Shown here: positions 10,400 to 23,426 of the stretch, piece after piece
Layout: every line of letters starts with the position of its first letter
How positions within the stretch are numbered: the stretch's first letter is position 1
Assembly: GCA_028534125.1 (NCBI GenBank)
Contig: CM052816.1
Span: 82,958,001-83,022,000 of the forward strand
Origin: Lama glama
Taxonomy: Eukaryota
Reading direction: 5' to 3'
Length of the DNA: 64,000 nt
Notes under the pieces: generated by a model
The model's input: the letters and a program-made list of their open reading frames with translations, nothing else
The model's database searches: none
What the model was told of the DNA's origin: nothing
Made by a program: the position numbers and the translations under genes

Positions 10400-13300
10400 A
10401 GAGAGGTCAACAGAACACTGGAAGTTTCTTTTGCCTTGAAACATTTGATAAACCTTACTAACTTTTAGGCCACTATGGATGAAGCCCACAGCCTAATTAA
10501 ATGTGAAGAAGCTCATAAGGGACCCTTTGCCCCATTAAACTGAGATTCAAGAAGAGTCAATCCTTACTGTAACGGTTAACTGTAACTATAATTATCCAAT
10601 CTCAGTGCCAAAGTACATAGGAAAAGTGCCTATGTAAACCTTGGCTCTCAGGAAGGGAAAGTTTTTTTCATTAGATTTCATAACCACAAGTCAACATCAC
10701 ACCAGGTTTGCATACCAAATTCACACTATCTGGATATCAGGCAATCTCAGGTGTACAATTTGTTTGAGGTGGTATTGCTCCCATATAAAATGTCAGAAAC
10801 TGGAGCAATTTATTTCCAGGGTAAAATACCTTCCACTCTGGCTTCAAATTTTTCCTCAAACAAGGCTCAAAAAAAAAAAAAAGAGCTCATAGTGTAAACA
10901 AATCATAAAATATCCAAGAAAACAATAAGCCCCATGCAAGTATCACCTGGATATATATTGATAATTGATGCTCATTACTTTGGTTGTTTGTCTAAAATCT
11001 TCAATGTATCATCTTTCCTAGATATCTTTGCTAAAAGTTTCCAGTTCAGTCTCACAAATAAACATACCTATGTGTGAAAGGAGGAGAACAGTAAGAAGCA
11101 AATCTAGCAGATGATACTGCTGTAGGGTAGTTGTACTGGTGGAGGTGCAAGTCTACGACTCAGTCATTTGGTCACCCAGTCAGTGGAGGGCATGAGCTGC
11201 AACATCCCTCCTCTTCCCACAGCTTCTGCATGTCATCTTGAATCATCCTTGTCAGGGTTTCAGACAGGTGAGATCATTGGCTAAAGGTGCTAGTAATTGC
11301 TATATTTCTGGATTTTCTGGAAGCCGTTGGCAGTATCACTGGGGTTTAGTCTACCAGCCTTTCCAAGTTAGCCTTTACTCTGCTAATCTAATCTCTTTCT
11401 GCTCAAGACATCTCTTTTTCTACTAGACTCTGAATGATATACAAGGTAGGAAGCAAACAAAAAACAAAAGAAACAGAAGTTACATTCGGAAGTTAAAATC
11501 CCTGAGGCGGAGTATAAAATGAACATTTTGAACAATGTTTACAAAAGTAGAGATAAGATTTAAAAATATGATTAAAGAGTAACAGACTATATTAATGACT
11601 GAATTGACCTGAACAAGAACTGATTACAACTTTTAGAAGTTAAAAAAAATGAAAATATTGTTTTTGAAAATAGGAATTTGATGAACAGTGTGAAGAATAA
11701 ACAGACCTGAAGAGGGAAATAATGAATTTGGAATACAATTGGACATTAACAAAATAAAAAAAAATTTAATATGAAAAAGGGTAAAGAATATGGAGAATTA
11801 GTGAGAAGATCCAATATATATTTAAGGTGGTTTAAGAATAACAGAGAAAAAAAAGGTGAATATTTGAAGAAATAATAGGTGACAGTTTTCCAAAAATGAT
11901 GAAATCTATAGATTCAGGAAATTCTGTGAATCATAAGCTATATTTACACACACACACACACACACAGAGAAACCCAGAGGAGATCGCATTTATATTGTTA
12001 AGAATTCAAAGAGGTACTACCAAAGATATGGAAAAGATTTGTAGAATATCCAGAAATGAAAAACAGCTCACCTGAAAGCAGATTAGACTCCTCAATAACT
12101 GCCCAAAATTGATTAAATCATGTATGTAATGAGTTGAGAAAAACTATTAGGCAACTTATCATCACTTACAGGATATGTGTGTGTGTGTGTGTGTTTGTGT
12201 ATGCCTGTGTATTTGTTTGTATGTGATTAGAATAGCAATTGGCAAAACTACCAATAGAAATGAAAATATCTTTTTGTTATTTTAAATTTGTTAAATATGG
12301 CTGTCAGTGATGGATAGTTCAAGCAGACAAAAATTCAAAAATGATACAGAAAATATAAAAACTGAAATACCAGAATTAACCTGATACATGAAAAATGATT
12401 TGGCACAGTGAAAAATACATATTCTTTTTCAAACAAGTGACCTCATGATGGACTGATCAATAAAGGAAAAACAAAATTCAAAATATTAACAACATACTTC
12501 AGCTACAACACACTTACGTTAGAAATCAGTAATAAAGAGATTGCCAGAAAAAATCCAGATATTTGAGCATGAAGAAACAAAAATAATGGATCAAAGGGAA
12601 AAATGTAATGGAGATTTTAAAATGATTAAAGTGAAAGATAAGGATGATGCTATTTAAAGAAACTTGTATACAGTTAAATTGTACTTAAAAGTGTATGTAT
12701 ATGTATAATAAAATATATGCAAGTTAGCATATAAAATAAACAAAAGCTTAGATTATTGAAATAGAAAAGAAAAATGTAATAGTGAATGTCAAAATTGCCA
12801 AAAAAAATCTTCACTGACAATTACTAAAATAACCAAATATTTGGGAAAGATTAAGGGAAAAAATAAGGGATCTCCAATAAACGAAAATGGAAAAAAATGT
12901 TTTTTTGCAAATTAAATATAAAATAAAAATGTATTAACTAAAGTTTATTTCAGAGGAAAATTTGCATTTCTCAATAATTTACTAAAAATGGTTCAAAAAG
13001 AAAAACTTACTAATCTTACAATAATTTATTAAATTGAAGCAATATTCTAGTATCTTACAACAAATTAACAGGCCCAGATTTTGTTTCCAGTGAATTCTAC
13101 CAGCTTTATAAGGAACATGTAATTTAAAGCTTACTAAAACTATTCTAGGACCTTTATCTTATTTTATGAGAAGTACAACCTTAACCCAAAGACTGCTGAA
13201 GACATAGCCCAATGGAAAATTTTATGCTAATTTCATTCATGGTTATGAATATAAAAATCTTAAATAATACACTCGTGGTATGAATCATGAATCTGGAAAT

Positions 13301-13470
13301 AAAATTGGATTCATTTCAGGAATGCAAGATTGATTTAACATTATAAAATTAAATAATGTAATTCACTAGCATGTTAGCAGAAAAATAACTCATATGTTCA
13401 CTTATTAGGCACAGAAAATATATTTTCACAAAATTTCAATCCACCTGTGATTAAAATTTAATCTAGTTAT
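10400..13470 (+). mobile_element. Ancient L1 (5' region, ORF1 and ORF2 remnants), interrupted
   Basis: A-rich strand with GAATATTTGAAGAAATAATAGGTGACAGTTTTCCAAAAATGATGAAA (ORF1-like), CAGGCCCAGATT...CAGTGAATTCTACCA and CAGGAATGCAAGATTGATTTAACATT (ORF2-like). Confidence 0.7.
10976..11443 (+). mobile_element. Old LTR-like insertion (ERVL-type) within L1
   Basis: Composition switch inside the A-rich L1. Ends CTCTTTCTGCTCAAG...GACTCTGAATGATATACA, like ERVL LTR 3' ends. Family uncertain. Confidence 0.45.
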
Positions 13471-13499
13471 TAAACAGTATTCCCACAGCTTGATACTCT

Positions 13500-14038
13500 T
13501 ATCAGAATAATTATGTTATATAATAGATTAAAAAATAATAAGTTTATTTTTCACTCACTTGACAGTTTAGGGTGTATTCACATTGTTGACCAGCTGTCCC
13601 TTAGTGACCTCAGAGGTCAGTTGCTTTATTTCTCATTGTGTGATACTTAAATAAGATGCCTGTACAATATGTTATTCAAAATGGGATATCTTTGAGAGTG
13701 ACTGGGGAAACTGTTGGTCATTCTTTTAGAATGCCAGGTTCAAGTCATTATTGTCCGAGACAAACTAGGGTAGGTGATCCTCCAAGAGGATCCTTCTCTG
13801 GTCATAATTTCTGTCTTTAGGATGGATCATAAAGCGTGAAAGAACAGAAAGATTTTACCTGATAAATTTTAATGAGTAATCTTGAAATTATATGCATCAT
13901 TTTAAACAGCTTCATTTGCTATAATTTGTCACACAACCTATGAAACTGCAGGGTTGAGTAGAAAATTTGGTCAAAATTTTTGCTTAAAATAGGAGAGCAT
14001 AGATTTTCATCAACAGTTAGTGGTCTTTGCCAGACACA
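13500..14038 (-). mobile_element. Decayed MaLR LTR (MLT1J/K-type) within L1
   Basis: AATAAGTTTATTTTTCACTCAC near the start and CAACAGTTAGTGGTCTTTGCCAGACA at the end resemble antisense old MLT1. Confidence 0.5.
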
Positions 14039-14285
14039 GTATGTCTAAAAAAATCTGGAGCAAGTATTATACTTAATCATAAAATATTTTTTTAAAATGA
14101 TCCCTCAAGACCAAGAGCAAAGCAAGGATACACAATCTTATTTAATATTGTTTTGGAAATGCAACCCAGAGATAAATCTTTGTATGAACGATTGAAAAAG
14201 TATTCAAAGTGTTACTATTTACAGATAATATGGTGGTTTTTATAGTAAACCCTAAAATATTATATACAAATTATTATATCTAGAG

Positions 14286-14379
14286 AGTGTAACATGGGTT
14301 CTGGATACAAAATTAATATTAAAATACATATTTTTACGTATTTTAATGTTATTTTTGTATCTGGAACCCATGTTAAACT
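14286..14379. repeat. Long inverted repeat (fold-back hairpin), ~45-bp arms, 4-nt loop
   Basis: AGTGTAACATGGGTTCTGGATACAAAATTAATATTAAAATACATA (14286-14330) pairs with TACGTATTTTAATGTTATTTTTGTATCTGGAACCCATGTTAAACT (14335-14379) with 6 mismatches. Confidence 0.93.
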
Positions 14380-14800
14380 TTGCAGCAACATGGATGGACC
14401 TGTAGAATGTCATTCTAAGTGAAATAAGCCAGAAAGAGAAAGAAAAACACCGTATGCTATCACTTATATGTGGAATCCAAAAAAAAAAAAAAGAAAAGAA
14501 ATGAACTTATTTACAAAACAGAAACAGACTCGTAGACATAGAAAACAGACTTATGGTTACCAGTGGAGGAAGGGGATGGGAAGGGATAAATTGGGAGTTT
14601 GAGATTTGCACATACTAACTGCTGTATATAAAATAGATAAGCAACAAGCAACAAGCACAGGGAACTATATTTAATATATTGTAGTAACTTATGGTGGAGA
14701 ATAATATGAAACAGATATATGTATGTTCAGGTATAACTGAAACATTATGCTGTACACCAGAAATTGACACACTGTAAACTGACTATACTACAATAAAAAA
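14379..14800 (+). mobile_element. Younger 5'-truncated L1 3' end (artiodactyl/camelid type)
   Basis: TTTGCAGCAACATGGATGGACCT, GAACTTATTTACAAAACAGAAACAGACTC, GGGATAAATTGGGAGTTTGAGATT, GTAAACTGACTATACTACAATAAAAAAA tail. Confidence 0.9.
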
Positions 14801-15141
14801 ATTTATATATACAAAAATTACATATCTGCACTCCAACAATGAATAAACATTATTAAAAATCACATGAACTGTTGGCTACAACAGCATTAATAATATGAAT
14901 AAACCTAACAAAAGCTGTATAAGACCAGGATGGAAAATATTACAAAGTTTTATTAAAATATATTAAATAAGATCTCAATAAATTGAGATGTATTAACACA
15001 TTATCGATTAGAACACTTTATGCTAAGATATCAATTCTCAAGAAATTGTCCAATATATTTATTGCAATACACATTAAATATAATCTATAATAAATAAAGT
15101 CAAACTAAAATCTGCAAAGAATTTCTTTTGGCAATCTGAAT

Positions 15142-15144
<3 letters not shown>

Positions 15145-15197
<53 letters not shown>
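15145..15197. repeat. (CA)n microsatellite, ~26 units
   Basis: Directly visible perfect repeat. Confidence 0.97.
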
Positions 15198-15201
<4 letters not shown>

Positions 15202-15694
15202 ACTGCACATGGAAGAGTAAAGAGCCCAATATAACTAAGATACTATTTACTTTTAGTAAAGTATTTCACAGATAACATTTTAGTAAATTATGCATGGATA
15301 TGTTTTTATTATGCTGTATATTTTATTTTTTCTTCCCAGTATTTTAGAGAAGAAGATGCCAGCTGGTTTAATGGATAATAAACTTAGACCACATGTATAG
15401 ATAGATAGGTCAAATATGCATGCTCAAACTTTTGCATGAGAATTCTGCAAGTGGCTCGACCAGTAAACAGTCAAGGATCCAGATTGATAGTTTTCACCTG
15501 TAGAGAGTAAAAATGCAAACAGGCTTCTCTCTTTCACAAATCTTTATCTTAACTCATGTTCTGTTGTGTTACAGACTTGTATATCAAACTCATATCTCTG
15601 CATAGAATTTGTATGGGTACTTAAATTTCTTTAAAATTTTAATATATTATGTATGTATCTTCACTTCTCATCACACAAGGTCTGATTCAACCAG

Positions 15695-16600
15695 CTGTCA
15701 AAGTAGACACTTGGATGTCACCCTGAAATCTTTCTATTCCTTCTCCCATTCTCCCATCTCTCCTACTGTGTAAAAATCAAACACTGCCAGAAAATAGATT
15801 GGACAGTAAAATATTTTGTCTTTCTAGCTGCCATTTTAAAATCCCCACTCACTGGTTCAGGCTATTATAATTTCATAATGATTACTGAGACCCTGATTTG
15901 ACTTCAATGTTGTGTCCCTTTAATCAGTACTTCTCACTGCGTATGGAGTACAGTTTCTAAATCAGAGTTGATGAGGTCACTCCCCTTCTTTAAATTTTCT
16001 AATGCTCCAAGTGCTCAAGAAATGTATAAATCCAATTATATAGACAGATGAGGGTAGATTACGCTGTAGTATCAAATAAATTCCCCAAAAGTATGCAATG
16101 ACTTGGTGACAGAAGATGTTAAATTTCTTGCCTGTGCATCAGCCACATGGATATTGCTAAGTTTTCAGACAGATCCTTGCCGTATACAATGATACAGGGA
16201 CCCACATTCTTTCTATCTTCTGGCTCTTTATAATCTACTTCAAGCCATCAGAAAAAAAATCATAAGCAACATAATAAGGCACTACTACTTTCTAAAAGCC
16301 TAGAAATGATACTGTGGCCTGGAAATCAATTCCATGGTAACATCTTAAGTGCAGAGGAGCCTGAAAAATGAAGTCAGGCTATGTGCTCAGGAGAAAAGAA
16401 GAACATGGATTTTGGTAACCACTTAGTTTTAACAACGGTTTTATGATCTGGTCCTCTGGTCCTGCAGGCTTACAATGTCTCTTGCTGCTTCCTGGCTGCT
16501 TCCAAGTCTGTTCTCTGTCCATGATAAATTACTGTAATCCCATACATTCTTTTTCCTCAGTACTGAAAAATATGTTGGCATTTTCTTATTTAGTTTAACT
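15695..16600 (+). mobile_element. L2 fragment split by a MaLR LTR
   Basis: TGGTTCAGGCTATTATAATTTC, TTTCTAAATCAGAGTTGATGAGGTCACTCCCCTTCTTTAAA; resumes at ~16436 with TTATGATCTGGTCC. Confidence 0.55.
16023..16435 (-). mobile_element. MaLR LTR (MLT1J-type)
   Basis: TAGATTACGCTGTAGTATCAAATAA, ATACAGGGACCCACATTCTTTCTATCT, TGTGCTCAGGAGAAAAGAAGAACATGGATTTTGGTAA. Confidence 0.6.
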
Positions 16601-16617
16601 TTCCATCCCAGACCCAT

Positions 16618-16878
16618 TGTTAGGAGCTGAGTTGTGTCTCGAAAAAATCGTATTTTTAGTCGCAAACCCAGTATGTCAGAATATAACCAAATTTGGAGAT
16701 AATCTATTTAAAGAGGTGATTAAGTTAAAATGAGGCTATTAAGAGTGGGAGCTAATCCGGTGTGACTAGTATCCTTCTTAGAAGAGGAAGAGATACTCGG
16801 GATGCCTGTACAGAGAAAGGCCGTGTGATGACACATTGAGAAGGTGGCCAAGGAGAGGTCTCAAAAGAAACGAAACCA
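16618..16878 (+). mobile_element. MaLR LTR, 3'-truncated (MLT1B-type)
   Basis: TGTTAGGAGCTGAGTTGTGTC, ATTTGGAGATA, GATTAAGTTAAAATGAGG, CTAATCCGGTGTGACTAGTATCCTT. Confidence 0.85.
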
Positions 16879-18721
16879 TAGCTTTAGCTAACACCTCTGT
16901 CACATTTATGGTTTTCTCTATGGACTGATAGAGATGTGATAGATGAGTGTATGGGCCAGCCTAATCAAGTGTGGGTTGAGACAGGTCCAATGGAAAGAAA
17001 ATAAGAAATCGATATGAAATTCAGACATCTTATTCCATGAAAGGGAGAGGACTTTATTTCAAGACAGCCAGATGACCTAATGCATAAACGCTGATGAATA
17101 AAAACTAATTGTTTCTACAAACTTTGAACATACACATGGTTAGTTGATTCATTAGTACATTACCCAATACTGATGCGTAGTTTTTGCAAAGTATAATTAC
17201 TGTCTTGGGGAGGGGCACCTTAAGAGCCCTGCACTATGCTTTGAAATAACATGCTTGTATTTTGCCTGAGCAGGCATAAATTATAAACACGAATTTACTA
17301 GGACTAGTAATTTAAATGTTGTATCCATTAATGTTATTTAGGAGGCTTGGTGAATAAGAGCTCACAAATTTGTCCCTCTTGTCACCAGAGTTCTCTTAGT
17401 TTGCTGAGTAAACAAGATCTTTGAAATTTTGGTTGTGAATATTTCTATGCTACTATATTCTGTGGCTTAGAACACAGATAATTTTTTCCTGCCTGCTCTC
17501 TTAAGTAGATAAATGCATGATCTCAAAAGTTATTAGCATATCGGTGTCTAATTGACTGTAATAAAAAATGAAAAATCCTAATAACATTCCTATATGTCAT
17601 TCCCATAGACCTCAATTATTCAGAAGTTTCATAATGCCGCTGCTGCCTAGTAGAGTATAACCCATTAAATATGCAGCTGGACTAAAATATAAAAGTTTCT
17701 CAAATGCTCATAGGATGAAATCATGGTGGTGTTTTAAAATTTAATGTTGCTTAACCTGAAACACAATGAATTCCTCTGCCCGGATATAAAGTTTATGGTG
17801 TGAAAGTCGAAATTAATCCGCAGTGTTTTGTAAAACTGGTCACATCAAATTTTTTATTTTTCTTTTTTTTGTTCAACTTTTGATTTCTGTTCTAAATATG
17901 GAGTTTGCTCTATCAAAGTTTTAACGTTTGAAAAGAAGAAAGGACATTTAATAAATTATTGTGGATGTTATTCACCTAAATCACAGGTAAATAAGATCAA
18001 GAAAAATTAAATAGGGAGAAAGTAATGAAGTTTTTGTATATTTTAAACTCTATCTAACATCTATCTTTGTATCTATTGAAGAGCAAAGAACCAAGAGGAA
18101 ACCTGACACATTAAAAAAAAACTTAAAAACTTAAAAGGTATTTCTTCATAAGCTTTATAAAAAATAAACATATTAATTACTACATGTTAGGTGACATTCA
18201 GCAAATTTATTAACTAACAAATATGTTAGGTAACTTTTATCATTTTAAAATAAGCTACATTTTTGTCATATGTGATTAATATTTTATAATTTTTATTAAA
18301 ATAAAAGTATAAAATTAAAAGAAAGTATAGACTATTTTGACAATAAATGTGAATATACAGATGAGGAAATATTCAAGTCTACCCTTTGTAGCAATCAAAA
18401 TCTGTAATTTAAAAAATATGTAAGAAAAATATTATGATATATGTCCACAGGACTTTAACAAGACTATAGATAATTTGCATTCTAAATATTATTCTTGCAG
18501 AACAGTATTTCCAAAATGAGCTTAAACCAAGAACATTATTTATCATATTCAAAATCCATTCCTTACTTAAAAACACTTTATCATTTTTAGAATTTATAGC
18601 ATATTTCATACAGCTACTTTCCCTCCTCCATCTTTTTATAGATATGGACATTTTGAAAAACATTCTGAGGACAATTATGCAGATGATTAATTGCTCTGGG
18701 CAATAAGTCATAAGAAAGTTA

Positions 18722-18860
18722 GATTTTTCTATTTTTCTCTTTCTTTCTTTTCTAATTTCTGTCTTTCTTTCTTGTCTTTCATTTTCTTTTCATTTTGTTT
18801 TCTTTTCATTTTCTTCTTTCTTTCTTTTTCTTTCTTTCTCTCTTTTTCTTTTTCTTTTCT
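18722..18860. repeat. Pyrimidine-rich low-complexity tract, degenerate (TTTC)n
   Basis: Directly visible. Confidence 0.9.
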
Positions 18861-19721
18861 TAAATACAGCCTGGAAGCATAGATAAGGGGGTGAGAGAGG
18901 AAGAGAAGGGTAATCTATTCAGGATTTGGGAGAGATTTTCTAATTTAAGATGTTCAAAGATAAATTTTCTTCTTTCAGATGTGGTGAATTGTATAATCAA
19001 CTGAGGATGTTTTAAAATAGGCTAGGACAATAGTTGTTGCTGGTTTATGCTGAGAGGATTAAGTCATAAGATAATTCAACTTAGATTTTGATAACCTCAG
19101 TCTTCATTTTCTGCCTTCTTAGAAAGCAATGTTGTAAAACAAGAAAAGCCACAATAGCAGTCTCCTCTCTTGGGTGGAGAAGCGATAACTACAACTTTCA
19201 AATAACCTGGTCTATGTGTTCCTTTCAAAAATCAGTACTCTTTTTATGCATTTCTACTTGTTTCACTCTATTAATATATCTTTACTTATATGGTATCGAA
19301 GAGAAAAATTAAAAGTCATGTCAATGCCCCAGTGGCTCTCATGCCTTTCTGCGCACATGCACACATGCAAACCCACCCACCCACACACACACACACATGC
19401 ACACATACTCACACTCCCTAAAATTTAGTGTGTGAAAGATATTTTATTCTATGCCTTTTGGGTTAAATGGAGCAAATCAAAGGGATTGAAGTAATAATTA
19501 ACCTCCAGTTAAACTACTTTTTCTTATGGAACGTGTGGAAGAAATCCACTTGATTCTGCTTTCAAAGAAGCAGTCATATAGAACATTTCTTTATTATTCT
19601 AGGAGTTGAGACATTTCAAAACGATGAGTAATTCATAGAACCTGTTGGTAAAATGTGTAAGCTTCAAAAACACAGACTCCCCCATATATGCACATATATG
19701 CACACACTCTTTTACTATGCT

Positions 19722-19955
19722 AAAAAACCGAAATGTCCATCAACAGATGATTGGATAAAGATGTGATACATATATACAATGGAATACTACTCAGCCATAA
19801 GAGAATAAAATAATGCCATTTGTAGCAATATGGGTGGACCTGAAGATTGTTATTCTAAGTGAAGTTGGCCGGAAAGAGAAAGAAAAATGCCATATGACAT
19901 CATTTATATGAGGAACCTAAAAAATGATAACAATAATAATGACACAAATGAACTA
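19722..19955 (+). mobile_element. L1 fragment (ORF2 end and start of 3' UTR, artiodactyl type)
   Basis: AAATGTCCATCAACAGATGATTGGATAAAG, ATACAATGGAATACTACTCAGCCATAA, AATAATGCCATTTGTAGCAA. Confidence 0.87.
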
Positions 19956-20834
19956 TTATTTTGATTTCTTGAATATGTGTAAGCACATCCCACATTCTGT
20001 TGATTCTTATTTTGTAGTTGGCTTTATTCCCTTGATAATTATGTAAGTTTAAAAAGCTAAAGATCTAATCTGTTCTTAGAAACAATAATTAGTACATATA
20101 TGTAAACCAAAAAAATGTGCAGTATACTGTATATATGTATTTATATGCAATGTAATGTGTATGTGCGTTGAAATGCAATAATTCTACCTAACAAAACTGA
20201 AAAAAGAGAAAAAAAACACTACTCTATTAGGTTTCCTTTATTTTTAAATCTTTTGGGTTTCCTGTATCTACTTCAAATAGTTAGCATCTATATGTTTACT
20301 TGCAATATTACTAAATGAAGTTACGAAGTTATGTCAGTGAAGCAACTGTGTCAAATGATTATTTGATATCTTATGTAAAGTAAGTATATAAATAAAAGAA
20401 CGTTATTTAAAATAAAGGCTTATTTATTTATTTAAACAATTGTACAGTCATTGAATCTTTTAAGTTCTGAAAATAAAATTCAAATGGGAGAATCAGGGCC
20501 ATTTCCAGATTAAAAAATAAGTTTGTAGTAGAGGACAAATTTACAGTTTTTTAAAAAATTTAAGTACAAACATTTTAAAAGATGATTTGAAAGCTATCCT
20601 TTAAAAAAGTTGTGATGACAAACCAAAATTTTCTTTGTAATTTTCAATGTAAGTATATCTTACCATATTTTAAATTCTTCCCCCTTTTTTTCCAAATTAA
20701 TATCCCATACCTTCAAAAAGAAAAAAAAAGCATTTGTATTTGTAGTAAAGCTTACATATTCTTTGTAAAGGGAAAAATATTTGAAGAAAATATATTAGTT
20801 TATTCATTATAATTTCTGTTGACTGTTTCAAAGT

Positions 20835-23130
20835 AAAACTTTTTAAAATTTAGAAGAGTTTTAGATTTACAGAAGAGTTGCAAAGGAATGGAGTGTTCAC
20901 ATACCCCACAGCCATATTCGCCTTACTGTTAATACTTTGTTAATATGGTATGTTTGTCATACTGTACCAGTATTGACACATAATTATTGACTAAAGTACA
21001 TATTTTATTCAGATTTCCTTAGTTTTGTTTAATGTTCTTTTTCTGTTTCAGAATCCTATCCAGGACTACATTATGTTTATTCATTATGTTTCAGACTTCC
21101 CTCGTTTTTGATGACCTGGACAGTTTTGAAGAATACTGATCAGGTAGTTTTTAGACTGCTCCTTAATTGAAACATTTTTGGAAATGTTGCCATGAATGGG
21201 TATTGAATTTTTCAAATACCTTCTCTGTGTCAATGAATATGATGATATAATTTTTTCCTTTAACCTGTTGCTATGGTAGATTATACTTATAGCTTGAATT
21301 TTGAAACAGCCTTATATACTTAGAATAAATCCCACCTGGTCTTGGTGAATCATTTTATACTTTGTGGAATTTTTTTGAGGATTTTTGTGTGAATTTTCTG
21401 AAAGAGTTTGGTCTGTAATCTTCTTTCTTATAATATGTGAATCTGGTTTTGTTATCTGGGTTATTCTGGCATCACAGGATGAGTAAGAATTGATCCTCTT
21501 GCTTTTTTATTTTCTTGAAAAGATTTTGGAAAATGAACATTATTTCTTCCTTAAATACTTAATGGAATTTTGTGAAATCATCTGAGTTTGGTGCTTTCTA
21601 CTTGGAAGATTTTCAGTTATAGATAGAATTTTCTTTTAGGTGACGAGCTATTGATGTGATCTATTTCTCATTTTGTGAATTTTGGTAAATGTGATATTGG
21701 TCAGTCCTATCTAAATCTTCAAATTTGTATGCATGCATTTATCTATTATTTCCCTTATTAACCTTTTAATGTCCATATATTAGTAGTGATAAACCATTTT
21801 TTACTTCTGATATTTGTAATTCATAATTTCTGTTCTATTGATGTTTTACTAAAAATAAGCTTTTGGTTTCTTAAATTTCTCTGTTTTTTTTTTCTCAGTT
21901 TTGTAGAGGTCTGTTCTAATTTTATTGTTTTGTTTTTTAATTCTTGGTTTAGGCTTAATTTGCTCTTCTTTCTCAAGATTTCTAATGCTGAACTTAAATT
22001 GTTGTTTTTATGTATTTCTTCCTTTCTAATACATGTATTTATTTAAAAGTGTGCCATTTAATCTGCAGATATTTGTGTTTCCGTTTATCTCCCATATATT
22101 GATTTCTAGTTCAGTTTCATTGTTATCTAAGCACGTGATTTGTATGATTTCTATTATTTTAAATTTGTAGCATCAGGGTTTTAATTTGACAAGGAGTTGG
22201 ACTGTATATATTGGGTTATAGTTATAGTTCCTTGAGGCTTCACATTTTCCTGGTGCCTTAATTTTGTCTTTCTTCCCATTTGGACCTCCCTAAGTATTCC
22301 TATGCAGAAATAGTATGTATCTGTAATCTTCTATTATTACACTGAAATTTTGCTGGTGTTGATAAAAGTATGAGTGGATGACAGACTTCCATAATCTTCT
22401 GAATAAATCTGTCTTTTCATGGACCTGGATCTCAGGCCTGTAACCTTCACAAGGGTTTCTACAGTAGTGTAGCTTTTTATTCACGGTTCCTTTTCCCTTT
22501 CCTAACTAAAACGTTCCCATTCTGTTTACATGAAGCTGTGTTGGCTGTTTTGTTTTCCCTTTCTTCCTGTTAGGTGGGACAGAAGAGCTTGAGGATAATG
22601 GAGTGGAATGAAACTCCCTGTCTCCCAGCTAGCTAAGGCCCTGACAAAGTCTTTTCTGCTCAAGAGTAAACTTTTGATGTGGAGAATGACATGGAAATAT
22701 TTCATAACGATACTCTTTGCTCTCTTTGTCAGAGCTATGGAGGGATCTTTCTCTAATCCTTACTGTGAGAATGGGGTGGGGTTCCTGGAGGGGAAGCCCA
22801 GGAAGCTGTGGGCCCTTCTAAAACTGTAGCTCCCTCCAGTTTCCCTTTCATCCTTGTCCACACTTACCTTGCAGAAACTCATCACAGTTACCATTTAAGT
22901 GTTCCCCCTAGTTTATGGCTCCAGTGGCATCTGCTCCAGGCAGCATATCTAAGTTGCTGTATGTCTGGATGCACCTGTTCTCCAAATTTCAGGACAGCAG
23001 TTTGTTCTCTGACCTTAGTCCTCTGATAGGTCCAAGAAAGGTCATTGATTTTCAGTTTGCCCAGAATTTTTTCTTAACATAAGGGCAGGTCAGACAACTC
23101 TAAGCTCTTTATATAATAAAGGTGAAATCA
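20835..23130 (-). mobile_element. Ancient L1 (L1MC/L1MD-type), internally deleted: 3' UTR, ORF2 and 5' region
   Basis: TTTAGATTTACAGAAGAGTTGCAAAG (3' end); CATGAATGGGTATTGAATTTT and GAATAAATCCCACCTGGTC (ORF2); GTCATTGATTTTCAGTTTG (5' region). Confidence 0.8.
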
Positions 23131-23149
23131 ATCAGTTCAATGACATAAA

Positions 23150-23300
23150 AAATGCCTAATTGGTCAAGTCATTAACTTCTCTGAATTGAATATTCGTTTG
23201 CAAAATGTGAAACAACTTATCCTATATAGGTATGTTATGACAATTAAATTAGATGACTGATATGAAAGATATTTGTAAACTCTAGTATTATATAAGTACA
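23150..23300 (+). mobile_element. MIR SINE fragment
   Basis: TTGGTCAAGTCATTAACTTCTCTGAA ... GTTATGACAATTAAATTAGATGA. Confidence 0.5.
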
Positions 23301-23426
23301 AAACACATGTCTTGATGTTAGAGCCCTTTTTAGTGTATTCTAAGTTCAGAATAAGTTCTTGTTTTATGATGGATCTTCTGTCTACAAGGATGGAAAGCCT
23401 ACTTTCTTAACTGATTTTATATACTA

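Larger units (their letters stand above)
14040..15250 (+). mobile_element. Ancient L1 ORF2 continuation, interrupted by a young L1
   Basis: GCAAAGCAAGGATA, TTATTTAATATTGTTTTGGAA, CTATTTACAGATAATATG, GATCTCAATAAATTGAGA, CTAAGATATCAATTCTC. Confidence 0.7.

Noticed and set aside
18961..19020. Strong splice-acceptor-like TTTTCTTCTTTCAG; similar sites near 8946, 15574 and 48892
   Set aside because: At 18978 all three frames close quickly. None of these sites could be paired with a convincing donor and coding frame.
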